This document shows, piece after piece, positions 15,087 to 32,566 of a stretch of DNA of 64,000 nt. The position numbers and the translations under genes are program-made. Location: NCBI RefSeq assembly GCF_009914755.1, contig NC_060937.1; one strand, given 5' to 3'. Each line of letters begins with the position of its first letter. Positions within the stretch are counted from its first letter, which is position 1. Source of the DNA: the human T2T-CHM13v2.0 reference genome, Homo sapiens. The notes beneath the pieces were generated by a model. That model was not told where the DNA came from and did no database searches. It worked only from the letters and a program-made list of their open reading frames with translations.

Positions 15087-16214
15087 TCTTGTTTAATCTA
15101 TTGAGAAATAATCAGAACCTATGGTCTGATAGTTCATAAGAGGAAAATGCAAGTCTAAAAGAATACTTATAGCACATTCTGATAAATGAAAATAGTTTCC
15201 AAGTTTCTTTTTATGCCTATGTAAGTGCAAGTCCCCTTTAGAGGGAAGGGGTAATTGAGCGGTTTAGGGAAGAATCAGTAAGAGTTTGTCAGCCAAGAAG
15301 TAGGGAAGGTGACCCAGGACAGAAAAAGTGCAACATCTGAAGTGGGATCGTACAAGGACATGGCCACATTGTGGCTGGTAGTCGAAAAGGGTGATAACTT
15401 CAGTGAGGTATGTGGGGCCTGATCACAGAGGTCTTTCAATGCCTTATTAAGGTGATTGAATTATACTCAGAAAACAATGCACAATAGCTGAGGTCTTTTA
15501 ATCAATGAAAGGACATATTCAGGTTTATTTTAGGGACAATAAACTTGTCAGCAACATGTGCAGCAGACAAAATCTAGGGAGCCTGGCAGCCTGGAAGACC
15601 GTTGAGGAGGTTGTAAAAATAGTGCAGGCAAGAGATGGGGAAACTACAGTATTTCTCTAGCTTTAAGGAAAGATTATGATGATAAATTGGAGAGATCAAA
15701 TTCGGATACGTGTGTTTGTAATAAATAGATTTTGGTAATAAATCTAAATTTAGAAGGGAGGGAGAATAGCTGGGTGATGAGGACATAAAGTGACAATGGA
15801 AATGTGTGATAAATACCAGGTCTCATGGAGGAGGAAAGGAAAATACAGTGGATTAGTGTAATTACATGAGTGCTGGCTGGGCAGCCAAGGGTCGAGGTCC
15901 AGGACTGGCTCTCAGGAGAGATGCTTCAGGGGGACTAGAACTGAAGGAGGGCAGTCGTCAGAATGTAGAATGGGAGTGGAAATTCTCAGAACAATTGTTA
16001 TCCTGAGACAGTGGTACCACATATGGAAGAGCAGAGCTGAGAACCCGGGTGGGCACACTGTTCAAGGCCAGGGAAAGAAAGCAGACCAACTCAAAAGTCC
16101 GAAGTGTGCTAGAAATGGAACCAAGAGAATGGTGCAGTGTAATCTCCGAACGAAGGAAACTCCAGGGGAACAGAGGCTTTCAGCTTTCAGGAATAATGTA
16201 AAAAATAAAAATTG

Positions 16215-16848
<634 letters not shown>

Positions 16849-17774
16849 CTAATAAAGAATACTCTCTCAAGACCAAGCAAACAACCTAAGAACTAGAAGC
16901 AATTTATGTCTAGGAGCAAACAGTGTATAGGAAAAACCAGAATAATGTACTACAATATTGAAAAACTAAAGCAGAAAATTGCTTATAAAATATTCTTATC
17001 TAAATGGCATTGTCATATGTGGATTTGGGATGAGTAGGACAATAAAAGAACTTATGCTGTAAAGATGAGATATGGGGCAATCTATGCAAGTTCAACATAA
17101 ATCTTCAGCAAAAGAAATACAGATAATATAAACTTGGATTATTAATGGCATCAGAAAAATTATGGCAAAAGGAAGAGATAACTTTCATCAAGAAAGAATA
17201 AAATGCTACCCAAAGTTCAGCCTTTCATAGGTCAGAAATAAAGAATATAGAAGGAGAGTTATAAAGATATAGAAAATAATCCAATCACAGGCAAGATCCA
17301 GACATATGTGGTACCTTGGAGTCAGCTAGGTTTGACACATTAATCTAATAGAGGTAAAGTCATCAGGATCACCCTTCCTTCCAGGATGAGGGATGCCTGG
17401 GTTATGAGATTAGGCAGAGCAATCCAAGTCCCAACACTCCCCAACAATGCAACCTTGGACACATTGCTTACTCTTTTCAAGGGGATCTGGTTTCTCTTTG
17501 GATTTGAAAGGGAAAGTTGCAAAGTTTTACTTAAGCCTTCTCTTTTCCCTCAACTACCCTGAAGACTTATTGCCCTGCTATTGATCTTCCAAGGTCCAAA
17601 ACCAGTGTCTTAAAATGCTTTCTGCTCCCAAATATTACCTAAAGTTCTATTATACCTCATTAAAATTGACATCCCTTGGGTGTTGATCGGCTTGAAATAA
17701 CATTTTATTGTAACTCATCATAAATTATATGATTTCAACGAAGAGATGGAAAATACAGCTAGCCAGAATTGTTC

Positions 17775-21542
<3,768 letters not shown>

Positions 21543-21733
21543 ATTTTTCTCCCAGCACAGTGTATTATTTTTTCCTTCCATCATATTGAAAACCTTTGTA
21601 GGAATGTGTACATACTGTCAAATGCTCCTCAGCCTGATGCGCTTGTTTTTACCTCATACCTAGTTCCAATTTACTCTTTGTATTGCCTGCCTTGTCCCTG
21701 CATGTACTTGAATAATTGATGCATAGCTTAACC

Positions 21734-21900
21734 CAGACCTTCTCAACAGCAAATGTGTATAAGAATCACCTGGAGATCTTGTTAAAATTACATGTTCTTG
21801 TTCTGTAGGTCTGGAGTAGGCTGAGATTCATCATTTTCAGGAGCTCCAGGCAATGGTGATGGTTCTGGACCAATAAATGGCCATTTCTGGAGTAGCAAGC
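21734..21900. mobile_element. MER5 (MER5B/A) hAT-Charlie MITE
   Basis: 'agaatcacctggagatcttgttaaaat...ctgtaggtctggagtaggctgagattc...gagtagcaag'. Confidence 0.8.
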
Positions 21901-21971
21901 ATTTAATGCTTTCAAAGGGCGTGCTGATTCTGCTTGGAATCTGTCACTCAAATACATCAACAATTAGAGGT

Positions 21972-22135
21972 GGCCAGGCGCAGTGGCTCACCCCCGTAAT
22001 CCCAGCACTTTGGGAGGCTGAGGCGGGCGGATCACAGTGTCAAGTGTTCGGGACCAGCCTGGCCAACATGGTGAAACCCATCTCTACTAAAAATACAAAA
22101 ATTCTCCTGCCTCAGCCTCCTGAGTAGCTGTAATC
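21972..22135 (+). mobile_element. Rearranged AluS: left monomer plus 30-nt inverted right-arm piece
   Basis: Sense Alu from 21972 to the A-rich linker at 22103. Then antisense attctcctgcctcagcctcctgagtagctg (22101-22130). No tail. Confidence 0.92.
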
Positions 22136-22204
22136 TGTTTAGTAACCCATTGCTGTAACTTCACCCCAAAATATTCTTTGCTGATTAATGAAAAAAATTT
22201 AGGA

Positions 22205-22620
22205 CAAATTCATTCATGCTTCTAAGCCAATGTTTGTTAAATGTCTACTTTATGTTAGGTACTTTTCTAACTGGTAGAGTGTAGACAGTAAAAAATAAAG
22301 TTTTTTCCTTTATGACTTTTTACGGTAGCTGATTGAAACAGGCCTATATTCTGTCCAATGGTATTGAAGGCTATTAAGAAAAAGAAAACATGAACAGAGC
22401 AGAAGCCAAGGAAAGTCAATCTGAGACCTGTATACAATGAGAAGACAGCAAGCCACATGGCCAGAGGGTGAAAGACCATTCCGTGCACAGGGGAGAGCCA
22501 GTGCAAAGTGCTGAGGTGAAGTGATGCTCTGGGAACACCAGAGTTGCTGAAAGTGTCCAAACAGAAAAGGTCAAGATAGGGAGGGCTCAGAAAACTGGTC
22601 AGAGCTGTCATCTGGAGGGA
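22205..22620 (-). mobile_element. L2 LINE 3' remnant
   Basis: 'ttcattcat...tgtttgttaaatgtctactttatgttaggtac' and 'cattccgtgcacaggggagagccagtgcaaag'. Confidence 0.6.
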
Positions 22621-23899
22621 GTGCAGGGAGAGGAGAAAAGTTGTCTAATAACTGAAGCTAGCAGCCCTCTGCAAAAATATAAAATATACATAAAATACAG
22701 AATATGAATAAAATGTAGAATTTGTTATCTTGAAAGATTTGGGAGGTGTAGGCATTATAATTTGCATAGTAGTATAGATTATGTTATCTCATCACCACAG
22801 TCCTTTGAAATAGGGTATTATCATAATCTTACAGCTGACTGAGCTACAAAAGTTAATGGGTGGCATGTTCCACTATTGACGTCATAACCCACAGTGTCCT
22901 TCCTAACACCAGCTCCCTTAGCTCATTCCTAAGGACTGGCCAGGCAGATGGAACAAGAGAAAGGAACCAATACATTCATTCCTTTTAAATGCATAATTCT
23001 ACATCTAAGAACAATATAGAAAAACTTTCAAAAGACACCCACGGTCCATCTTCTTATTCTGTCTTTTAACGTTCCATAGGTTATGGTAGGTGGAGAGGGA
23101 GAGAGTGAGGCCAATAACAGCCTCCTAGCCAAGTCTGGGCAAAGACCATCTGCCACCAGGGCCAGAAGCCAGGGGAAACCACGTGTTTCCACCTGGAAAC
23201 ACCCAGGCTGAATTCAAATGAGAACTGATGCCCACCTGTGCCTAGCAGACATGTACCACATGTCTGTCTTGTAATTACACACTGGGGATGGACCAGTAAT
23301 ATCAGCCAGCATCCCAGCCAGTCATTATCCTACAAGACTGTCCCTACACACTCTGTACCATAAAGCTTTATTCATCATTTTCCTGAGCCTCAAAGGGTGG
23401 ACTGCTTGCCTTTGAAATCTGGTACAATGGTAAGTCCACAGAACAGAATATTATCGCAGATACCTTGAGGCTTGGTGGTGGAAAGAAAATCCCCAGATTG
23501 GCCAAGTTGTAACAAAATGAAGCCAAGTTGTAACAAAATTCAAGCTTCCCACCTGTGGGGTTGTAGTGAAAGACCTTCCCGCTCCTTTTCCACACTCTAC
23601 TCCCTGCACCTTTGCTATAAAAGTGGCAGACTTGAGGTTTTCACCCAGACTTTCCACACCTTCTGGTTTTTCCTTTGTGCCATCTGACTTCAATGATAAA
23701 TTAATAATTTTAAAAATCATAAAGTGGTAGAATATTTTATCCACAGAAATTATACCATTCTTTAATAAGCCTCATCTTTGTACTACCCTGGCTAATACAT
23801 AGGCTAGTAAAATAAGAATAACAACAATAACAAGCAGCATTTGTTAAGTGCCTGGTGTGTGTGAGTTGAGGTTCTACTCATTTGCCATGAATTCCTCGT

Positions 23900-24290
23900 T
23901 CAATCACGCGTCTTCCCTCCCACTCTCTATGCTTCAGTCACACGAGGCTGCCTTGGGCTCCTTGAAAGTTGCCAAGCTCACTTCTGTCTTAGAGAGTTTA
24001 CACTTGCTCTTCTCCCCTAGTGAAGAAAAATATATTCTGCGTTCTTCACAAGGCTTTTTTTTTCCATCCTTTTTATTTCAACTCAAAGCTCACCTAATCA
24101 AGAGGTTCTTTCTGATGCTTAAAATGATCTCTATTCTGGTCAATTTGTATCACATTACCCTATTTCATATTTTTTCACTGTCCCTCTCTATGAAATTATG
24201 TTTTATTTATTATCTGTCTGTATGTATCATCTATATAAGTAGAGGTAGACGATCTTCATGACAACATAAGTATCTAGACAGCACGGACAA
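23900..24290 (+). mobile_element. L2 LINE remnant
   Basis: 'cactctctatgcttcagtcacac...ctccttgaaagttgccaagctcacttctgtcttagag...tttacacttgct'. Confidence 0.6.
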
Positions 24291-24304
24291 GTCTATGTTG
24301 TAAC

Positions 24305-25045
24305 TATCAGGGAAATGTAATTAAAAACTAGAGAAAATACCATTTTATATCCACTAAGGTGACTAGAATCAGAAGATAGATAATAACAAGTGTTGGTGAA
24401 GATGTGAAAAATTACAACCTTCATGTTGTGCTGAGGGGAAAGTAAAATGGCAACTGTTTTAGATAATAGTCTGGCAGTTCCTCTAAAGTTTAAATATGGA
24501 ATGACCAAGCTACTCTGAAATTTCAGTCCTAGGTACATATACAAGAGGAATGGAAACATACATCCACACAAAGAAAAGTTTCGCATGAATATTCATAGCA
24601 GCATTAGTCATAGCAGCCAACAAGCGAAAATAGCTCAAATGTCCATCAAGTGATGAATGGATAAATAAAATGTGCTATACATGCAATGTTATATTATTTG
24701 ACAATTTAAAAAAAGTATTGTAAATGCTATAGCATGCATAAACCTTGAAAAAATTACACTAAGAGGAAGAAGACAGTCACATACCACCACATATTGTATG
24801 TGTTTATTTGAAATGTACAGAATAAGCAAATTCATAGAGAAAGGCAGAAGATTGGTAGTTGTCCAAGTCTGGGAGTTGGCTGGGAAATGACTGCTCATGA
24901 GAATGGGGTTTCTTTGGAGGATGATAAAATTTTCTAAAATTCATTGTGGTAATGGTTGCACAACCTCTGAATATACTCTAAAGTATACCATAAACGGATG
25001 GGATTTGTTATATGAGTTGCATCTCAATACAGGTAGAATAAAAAT
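24305..25045 (+). mobile_element. L1MB-like LINE-1 3' end
   Basis: 'ataacaagtgttggtgaagatgtg', 'aaatgtccatcaagtgatgaatggataaataaaatgtg', 'ggtaatggttgcacaac'. Confidence 0.85.
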
Positions 25046-28000
25046 AGAGTCACAGTGAATGAGTGGACTTTTATCATCATTCCTTTGCCCAAAGGTAGAA
25101 CCATTTTCCATTTATCTTTTCTATTTCTTGGCTTCTCAATAAGAGTACCTTTCAAGGTGAGTTGTCAGTAAAATCATCTAAAATGTGGTTAGTTGGTAAG
25201 ATTGCAGTTAAAGCCTAACTAACCACTTTCTGATTTAATTTCAAAATGTGAGTTAAAAATAACTTTTTACTGGCAAAACCTACATGATTATTTTGTATCA
25301 TATCTGTATTAATTTTCATATATTTAAATTACTGTGTATCTGATTTTATTTGGGCATGTAATAATCTCTAAGGTTATATGGTATGTATCAGCACAAATTT
25401 GCCTGAATGGAAAATCATCCCTGTTCTGTAGTAAAATACAATCTGAATGATGCGTCCTGTCTGCAGGTTGGTTTTGCTGGACATCTTGAACTGCTTTCAA
25501 GCACTCGAAGTTAAAGCACCGAATGCCCCTTTTGGAATGACTTCTCCCTTGATTTTTACAACCTTGTGTATTTTAATGGAAACTTAATCCATGTGTTTTT
25601 GAATCATTTACACTTAAATCATCAAAACACCCGGTCTTTTAGAGCGATTTGATATCCATGAAGGCTATTGAGACTTTCTGATAATCCTTTAAGGCTCTTT
25701 AAAAAAAAGAAAGAAACCAGGAAGTTGTGCTTTTCTCAGAATAAACTAAAATCCTGGGGAGTTCACTTTCCATGTGTTCTAAATTTGTCCAAACAAGTTC
25801 TCTCATCTGTAGGTAGAGTAACAAGTAAGGTGCTGGCAACATGCTCACCATAAGTAAAAGTGCAGAAGCTTTTGATGAGACACGGAGCGTGTGTAATTCA
25901 GTGTACATTTTACAGCCCTCATGGGCTTTTAGACCTTTTCATCCTAATGAAAAGATCTGAAAATATTAATTTGCATTACTGCAGATGCTGTTACTTGTCT
26001 AGCTTTATTTTTCCATATTTGAATGTGTTACCACTTACTCAATAATATTAGGTACGTTATTGCTCTTTATTTGCAAAGTGCTCAGTAATCCTTTCAAATT
26101 TATTTTTTCACAGGAGGTGTAAATTTTTTTACATGGGGTGTAAAAAAATCACCGTGCATTTTATATATCACTGATTCCATAAAAATGCTTTTTCCACTCA
26201 GTTATATTCATAGGAGATAAAAGTACTGCTAATATTATATGAGAAAACATAGCTTTGATATAAAATACTGTAATTTTTAAAGTTAGTGGTTTCTTTCAGC
26301 CTGTATATTTTCATAGTTAAATTGGTTTTGCTCTTGATTCATCTTATGCATTAAAGATGCATTAATTGATTCTTCATTGCCTTGAATCTTCCTTTTCTCA
26401 CTTTTCCAAAACGAAATACATAATCCTGTACTTACTTATTCAGGTCCATATGGATTGCTTACTATCATTTCATCCCAAGTGTCCATTTGCAGATCAATTT
26501 CCCTTTTTTAGAAGGTTACTTGATCTGACAATGAATAGCTTGGTTTTACATAATTATTACTTTCCTAAGTAGATCATGTAAGAGTGCTCCATGTGATATA
26601 AAGATATTTTTCTAGAATATGTTCTGAAGTCTTTTCCTGTTGAATACCATCCAGAATTTTTAAAGCCTTGAATGTATGTTTACTTTTACATAACTTAAGT
26701 TCAATGTCAAAAAAAAAAACAAATGGATTTTTGTTTTTCTTTAAGTAATTAAAATCTACATTGTATGTTCAAATGGATTAGATAGTCATGAGGTTGAACC
26801 AAATTGAAATCAATCTAATTTTTATGTAGAGCTTTCTTTGAAGTGCTGTTAGACATGTACTCTTCAATGGAAAGGACTTTTACTACTTGAAAATTATCAA
26901 TAAGCTCAACATGCACACCAGTTAACCTTTGCCCTTCTCTTTGTATGACTAGAAAACATCACAATTATTTCTCAAAAATACATGGAAACATTATACTTTG
27001 AAAAACAATCAATATGTTATGATAGTCTAAAGTAAATAACTTCAACCCTAAATTAGGTTGTTTTAATATGTTTTTAAATTGACTAAAATCTATGATTATA
27101 AAAATACATGGAATTTCAGAGCTGTTGTTATTTTTAGTTATCAGATCTCACCAAATATTGCCTTATATACTGGAATGAAGAAGTAAGTTCATTATCTTTA
27201 AACTACTGAGTCCCTGAGATATATTAGTGGAGTTCATTGCAATGACCATTTCCATATATCTAGTTGCAAAAATATAGCTTTGTTTACAATCCTATAGCAT
27301 ACTGATGCAGTAAATATTTATTTGTATTAAATGGTTTTCTATTTTATTTTTATAACATGAGGAGCACGAACTTTTAGTTATATAATGTAGTGAGTGAGTT
27401 CGAATGTCTGGATTATTGGTCACTTTCTCTTCCTCAATAGATTTTACATTGTAAATTCTAAGTTAAGTTGCTTAGATTAAAACCTACTGTTGAGGAGGCA
27501 TGTGACCATGTAGGGATATATCTTTCAATGTGCTACTTATTTAAGTTCAATGGCTAATGATATCCCTGGATGTCTTATAATTGATGAAAAACACTCAGTG
27601 ATACTTGTTTGCTCTAGAGGTTACTTGAATGGACAATTTCTGGTGACTATTTGTCCACATTTGGTAAAAGAAATACTGACATCATTTGTAAAAATATTTA
27701 AAATTTTTACATGGATTTTAATAAATAGATATTTTATTTTAAGGAAAAGAACTTCATCTTTAAGCAAAATAAATATTTATTTTAGCCCCAAGAGTGGTGG
27801 CAGCCATCAGTAACACAAATCTCTCCTTAGGTGCTTGCCAGTTGGTAGGAATTCACAGAGAGAAAGTTGAGGCAATAACTGAAATTATTTTGGCTACAAT
27901 AATTTTTCAGAAGACATGATGCTATTGTGCTTCCATTGTGGTTGGCAATCTCTTTCTCTTTCCCTCTCTATTTTTTTCTCTAAATGCTTATTGGTCATAA

Positions 28001-28231
28001 TGCATGTGTGACTGTCAGTGATGGAGCCCATGCTTATTTCTGAAGCCTCATGGCATTTATTCAAGAAACTTTAGTTTGAAAACTGGCATTTTACTAATTT
28101 GTCTGAACTTAAAATGTGTATAATGAACAAATGATGTTTACTTGCTTTATATAAGTAAGCGTTTATAAATAAAAAGTAGATTTTCTGTCTTGTTATGTCT
28201 CAGAGAAGGATGTTAAGAAGTGCCAGTGTTA

Positions 28232-28303
28232 GATTAGCCAAGATCACGTCATTGCACTCCAGCCTGGGCAACAAGAGCAAAACTCCATCTCAAAACAAAA
28301 CAA
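28232..28303 (+). mobile_element. Severely 5'-truncated Alu (AluSp/Sq-like 3' end)
   Basis: 'agccaagatcacgtcattgcactccagcctgggcaacaagagcaaaactccatctc' plus (CAAAA)n tail. Degenerate TSD aagtgccagtgtta (28218-28231) / aagttcctgtgtta (28304-28317). Confidence 0.9.
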
Positions 28304-30231
28304 AAGTTCCTGTGTTATAACTATTTAAATATTTATAGTCTAAAACATTTTTATATTGGTTTTCTTAGGTCCAGTGTTAAAAGATATTTCTTTGCATTGT
28401 TCTCATGATGGAATATTGAGGGTAAGTTAAAATAATACGTATAGTACTTTCATTTTACCACAACCATTTATGCACATATTTAAGAGCTTATCTAATAATG
28501 AATTCTTAAGCTGTTTTGTAGAAATAAGCTTTTCCATTCTGATAGCTTTTCCTTTTGCTGCCCTGCCTGCACACGCGGATCCATGTTTTCTCCAAGCTAT
28601 TTGCAAATGTGCAAGCCATCTGCAGCTGAGTGATAAGTGGAGTGCAGGAATATGTATCCTGTGTTTGGTCCCCATTGGCCACTTATTACTCTTATATTGT
28701 TTTAATTATAAAGACTGATCTTCATTGTGACTCTTATACGGCATTTGTATGTTGAAATGTAGCCTCAAATATTCATGTACTTTTAAATTGCTCTATAATT
28801 TTTGAGAGATATTAATCTGAGATTAATTTTGGGTATCACTAAGTGTGGTCGGAGTGGGTTTTTGCCGCATAGTGGTACTGAAACTGGAAGTTACATTTCA
28901 ATGTTAACTGACTGTTACTTGACAAGTAAACAAGTTTAATTGTGTTATTCACCTCATTGACTTTAATGAGTCAATAATAGATGTAATAGGCACCTCAGGA
29001 CCAGATGGCATAGGGTAAAAAGTCCCCATGAAATACCATTTTTTCATCTCAAGTATCTGATAAATATGTTAACTTCCTGCATTATGGCAATTGTTGAAAT
29101 TTCTTAGCAGCTGGTCAGTTACTCTACACTGCAGGGGCCATCGGGTGCTGTTTATAGATTACGTTCTCGGTTTTTTATTTGTACAGAGAGTGAGGGTGAA
29201 AAAACACTTTCTTTCTGAAGTGTAATACAATATCATAATTGAATAATTGTATAAAATTTCCTTATTCAATTAAGCAAAATTTTGGGGGAATAACTTTGAA
29301 ATGGATTATGCAATCCGCTATCCTCTAACTTGCATACACATTATGTTGCTGTGAACTGGTAAAGTGACAGTGATGTATATCCTGGAGGGAGCCATCTTCA
29401 ACTGAAGCAGTGGATTGGTCTTTAGTCTTTACATCAGTGGGCTGCTTTGTGAATAGTAATTAGAGTTGTTCCTTTCTTAATAACATTTTTTAAAATAAAA
29501 ATCCGAATATTTACCCTTTGTGTGATCTCTAAAAGCTCATCCTCCAGTTAATGTTAAACTGCTGCCTTAGTAACCAGGGAAATGCTTTTTAAAATTTTGT
29601 ATTTCATTATGTTCCTGGAAGAGCAACCTTGTCAGTTTAATATGACGTCACAATAGAATTCCGATTTCCTCTGATAAGAACTTTACAATGAAGAAATGGC
29701 CCATGCATATTCAAAAGTTTATACCACATTGAATATTATTGAGTTTTATGAGAACAACCTATTAAAGCCTCTCCTCAGCTTATCTTTATCACTAAAATTT
29801 ATGACTTATTCCCACCTACTTAACACTTAAAATCTTATTTGCAGCTTTGTGCTGTTCTATGTAGTACACTGCACAATTGGCATACTGTATTTGACAACAG
29901 AATAGCAAGACCAGATTTACTGCCCGCCTACCAGAGGGCATCTTTGAAGATATTTTGTTTGAGAAGATACCTTCATATTACTTGTTTTCTTTGGTGGCGA
30001 ATGAGACTTTTATTTTCTTGGCTTAGGTAGACTCAAGTTGTTTTCCTAAGTATGTAAAAAACACTATTCTTCATCATAAACGACAACTTAACATTTTGTC
30101 CTGGAGAATTAAATCCAACTCCTGGAAATAGAAAAGTAAGTAATTCAGAAAAGCTCTCCTACTAAGAAAAATTATATTTTAAAAAAACCCTGAAACATCT
30201 TTTTTAAAAAACATCTGTAGAAATGTCTTGA

Positions 30232-30571
<340 letters not shown>

Positions 30572-31003
30572 CTATAACTTAAAGGACGTGCAGCCTTTGA
30601 GTCCTCAGGGGGAAGCTGGTGATTGCAGAGGATAATGCTGAGACACTGGAGTCACAAGCAGAGTTTTCACAGCCCCTGGTCCAGAGACAAAAATATAAGT
30701 TCCAAATGCACTAAAAATTGAGATGCTCTGATAAACTAACCTATATTTAATTTGATATCCTAAAAAAATCTTACAATAAAAATAAATGGAACAAGAAATA
30801 TTGGCAGCTCTGGTGATCATTGGGACCCTACTGTTGCTTGAGATTATTTCACATAAAACTTCCATTGTCCACAGGCCTCTTACCAGAAAAAAAAAAACTT
30901 TCTGAAGGAACATAAAACATTTCCTTATACCTGAAACTATTTCTCAAAATATTTTTAACAATGTACTGCACAAATTAGACAAAGAGACAAAGAACTGTTT
31001 TTT

Positions 31004-31125
31004 ATTTTATTGTATTTATTATTTTTATATACTTTTATTTTTTTTTTGAGTCAGAGTCTCATTCTGTCACCCAGGCTGGAGTGCAGTGGTGCAATCTCGG
31101 CTCACTGCAACTTCCACCACCCGGG
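31004..31125 (-). mobile_element. 5'-truncated AluS 3' fragment
   Basis: T-rich tail then gagtcagagtctcattctgtcacccaggctggagtgcagtgg. Degenerate TSD aaagaactgtttttt (30989-31003) / aaagaaccacttttt (31126-31140). Confidence 0.92.
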
Positions 31126-31747
31126 AAAGAACCACTTTTTTAAAGAGAAAAAAGAGAAAGAGATGAGAGATAATGGACATATCACACACAAATTTTAAAG
31201 TAACTATTTTTAATATTTTCAACAAAATAAAATGGCTGATTAAGAATTTCCACAGATAACTAAAAACTGTAGAAAAATAAATCAAATTTCCATTTGTATA
31301 ACAGAATGATAAAAGTAGATGTAATTAAATACACAAAAATGTATTTAGCAGTGGGGTGGATATGAGTAAACAGAGAATGAGTGAACTAGATGACATAAAG
31401 AATATATACACCTCCCAAAAAACAGAAAAGTTAAAGAATAACAAATATTAAAAGATTGCAGAGGGAGAGGAAATATGGTAAAAAGAGGTTAATTATACAG
31501 ATAATTAGAGCTACGTGATGCAAGAAAATAGAATAAAATAGAAGACATATTTCAAAAGCAATGACAAAATTTGTAAAACCAATGAAAGTTATCAGGAAAG
31601 TTTTAATAGCACTTCATCACTATTATCCATATATATAGTATATATATAGATATACATATCTATCTAACATATACCATCTGTATATCTGTATTGATATCTA
31701 TTTTCTAGATATCTATACATCTAGGTATATAAATATATATGGGTATA

Positions 31748-31757
<10 letters not shown>

Positions 31758-31786
<29 letters not shown>
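31758..31786. repeat. (TA)n microsatellite within AT-rich low complexity
   Basis: About 14 TA units. Confidence 0.9.
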
Positions 31787-31788
<2 letters not shown>

Positions 31789-32346
31789 CTTCACATTATA
31801 TTAAAACTCTTAAGAAGCAGAAAGTATGACAGAAAGATCTTAGAAACATCGAGACATTGTATCCTCAAAGAAACATAGTAAAACTAGATCGCATTTCTCA
31901 ACTAAAACAGTGGAAAGTACATGACAATGCGATTATATTTTAACTGTTCCAAAAAAGAAAGAAAGCAAACAAAACAAAAAATGAGAATCTATCAGCCACA
32001 CCATTTATAATACACTTTAGATATATTTGTACAAGTGAAAATGGAGACTAAGTCCTCACCAGCAGAAAGAATCATACTAAAAGATCTACCAAATAAATTC
32101 TTCAAAATTACCTACGTGGAAACTCAGAGATAAAGAGTAAAGTAAGAAATTCAAAAACTTGTAAACAAGTTGTGTGCATTTACAGAAGAATCTGTAATGG
32201 TTTTCACAAAAGTAAGGATGTGATTCTCAAATTACACATAGTACCAAAATACAGGATAAAACTTTCTGACGCATTTGGGGATGGAAATGTATTTAAATTG
32301 TTTGGAGGCCACGTGGAGTATTTACAAAATTGACCCATTTCTAAAC

Positions 32347-32566
32347 CAGTGCTTGTCTAGCATTGGAAATTTTTCCCACATCAGGAGACATTTAACGAAG
32401 TGTGGAGACATTTTGATTGTCATGACTTGGTAGAGAGGTGTGTGCTACCAGAACTTGATAGGTGAAGCCAGGAAGACCGCTAAACACACTGCAATACACG
32501 ATACCACCCCACAATAAAGAATTATTTTACCCAAAATATTAATAGTGCTATGGTAGAAAATCAGTC
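32347..32566 (+). mobile_element. MER20 MITE nested in the old L1M
   Basis: CAGTG start, 'ggagacattttgattgtcatgactt', 'ccccacaataaagaattattttacccaaaatattaatagtgc'. Degenerate 8-bp hAT TSD ttctaaac / ttctagcc. Confidence 0.85.

Noticed and set aside
28369-28421. PVLKDISL resemblance to ABC-transporter/CFTR 'PVLKDINF'
   Set aside because: Similarity covers only 6 residues, no Walker A motif follows, and there are no partner exons.
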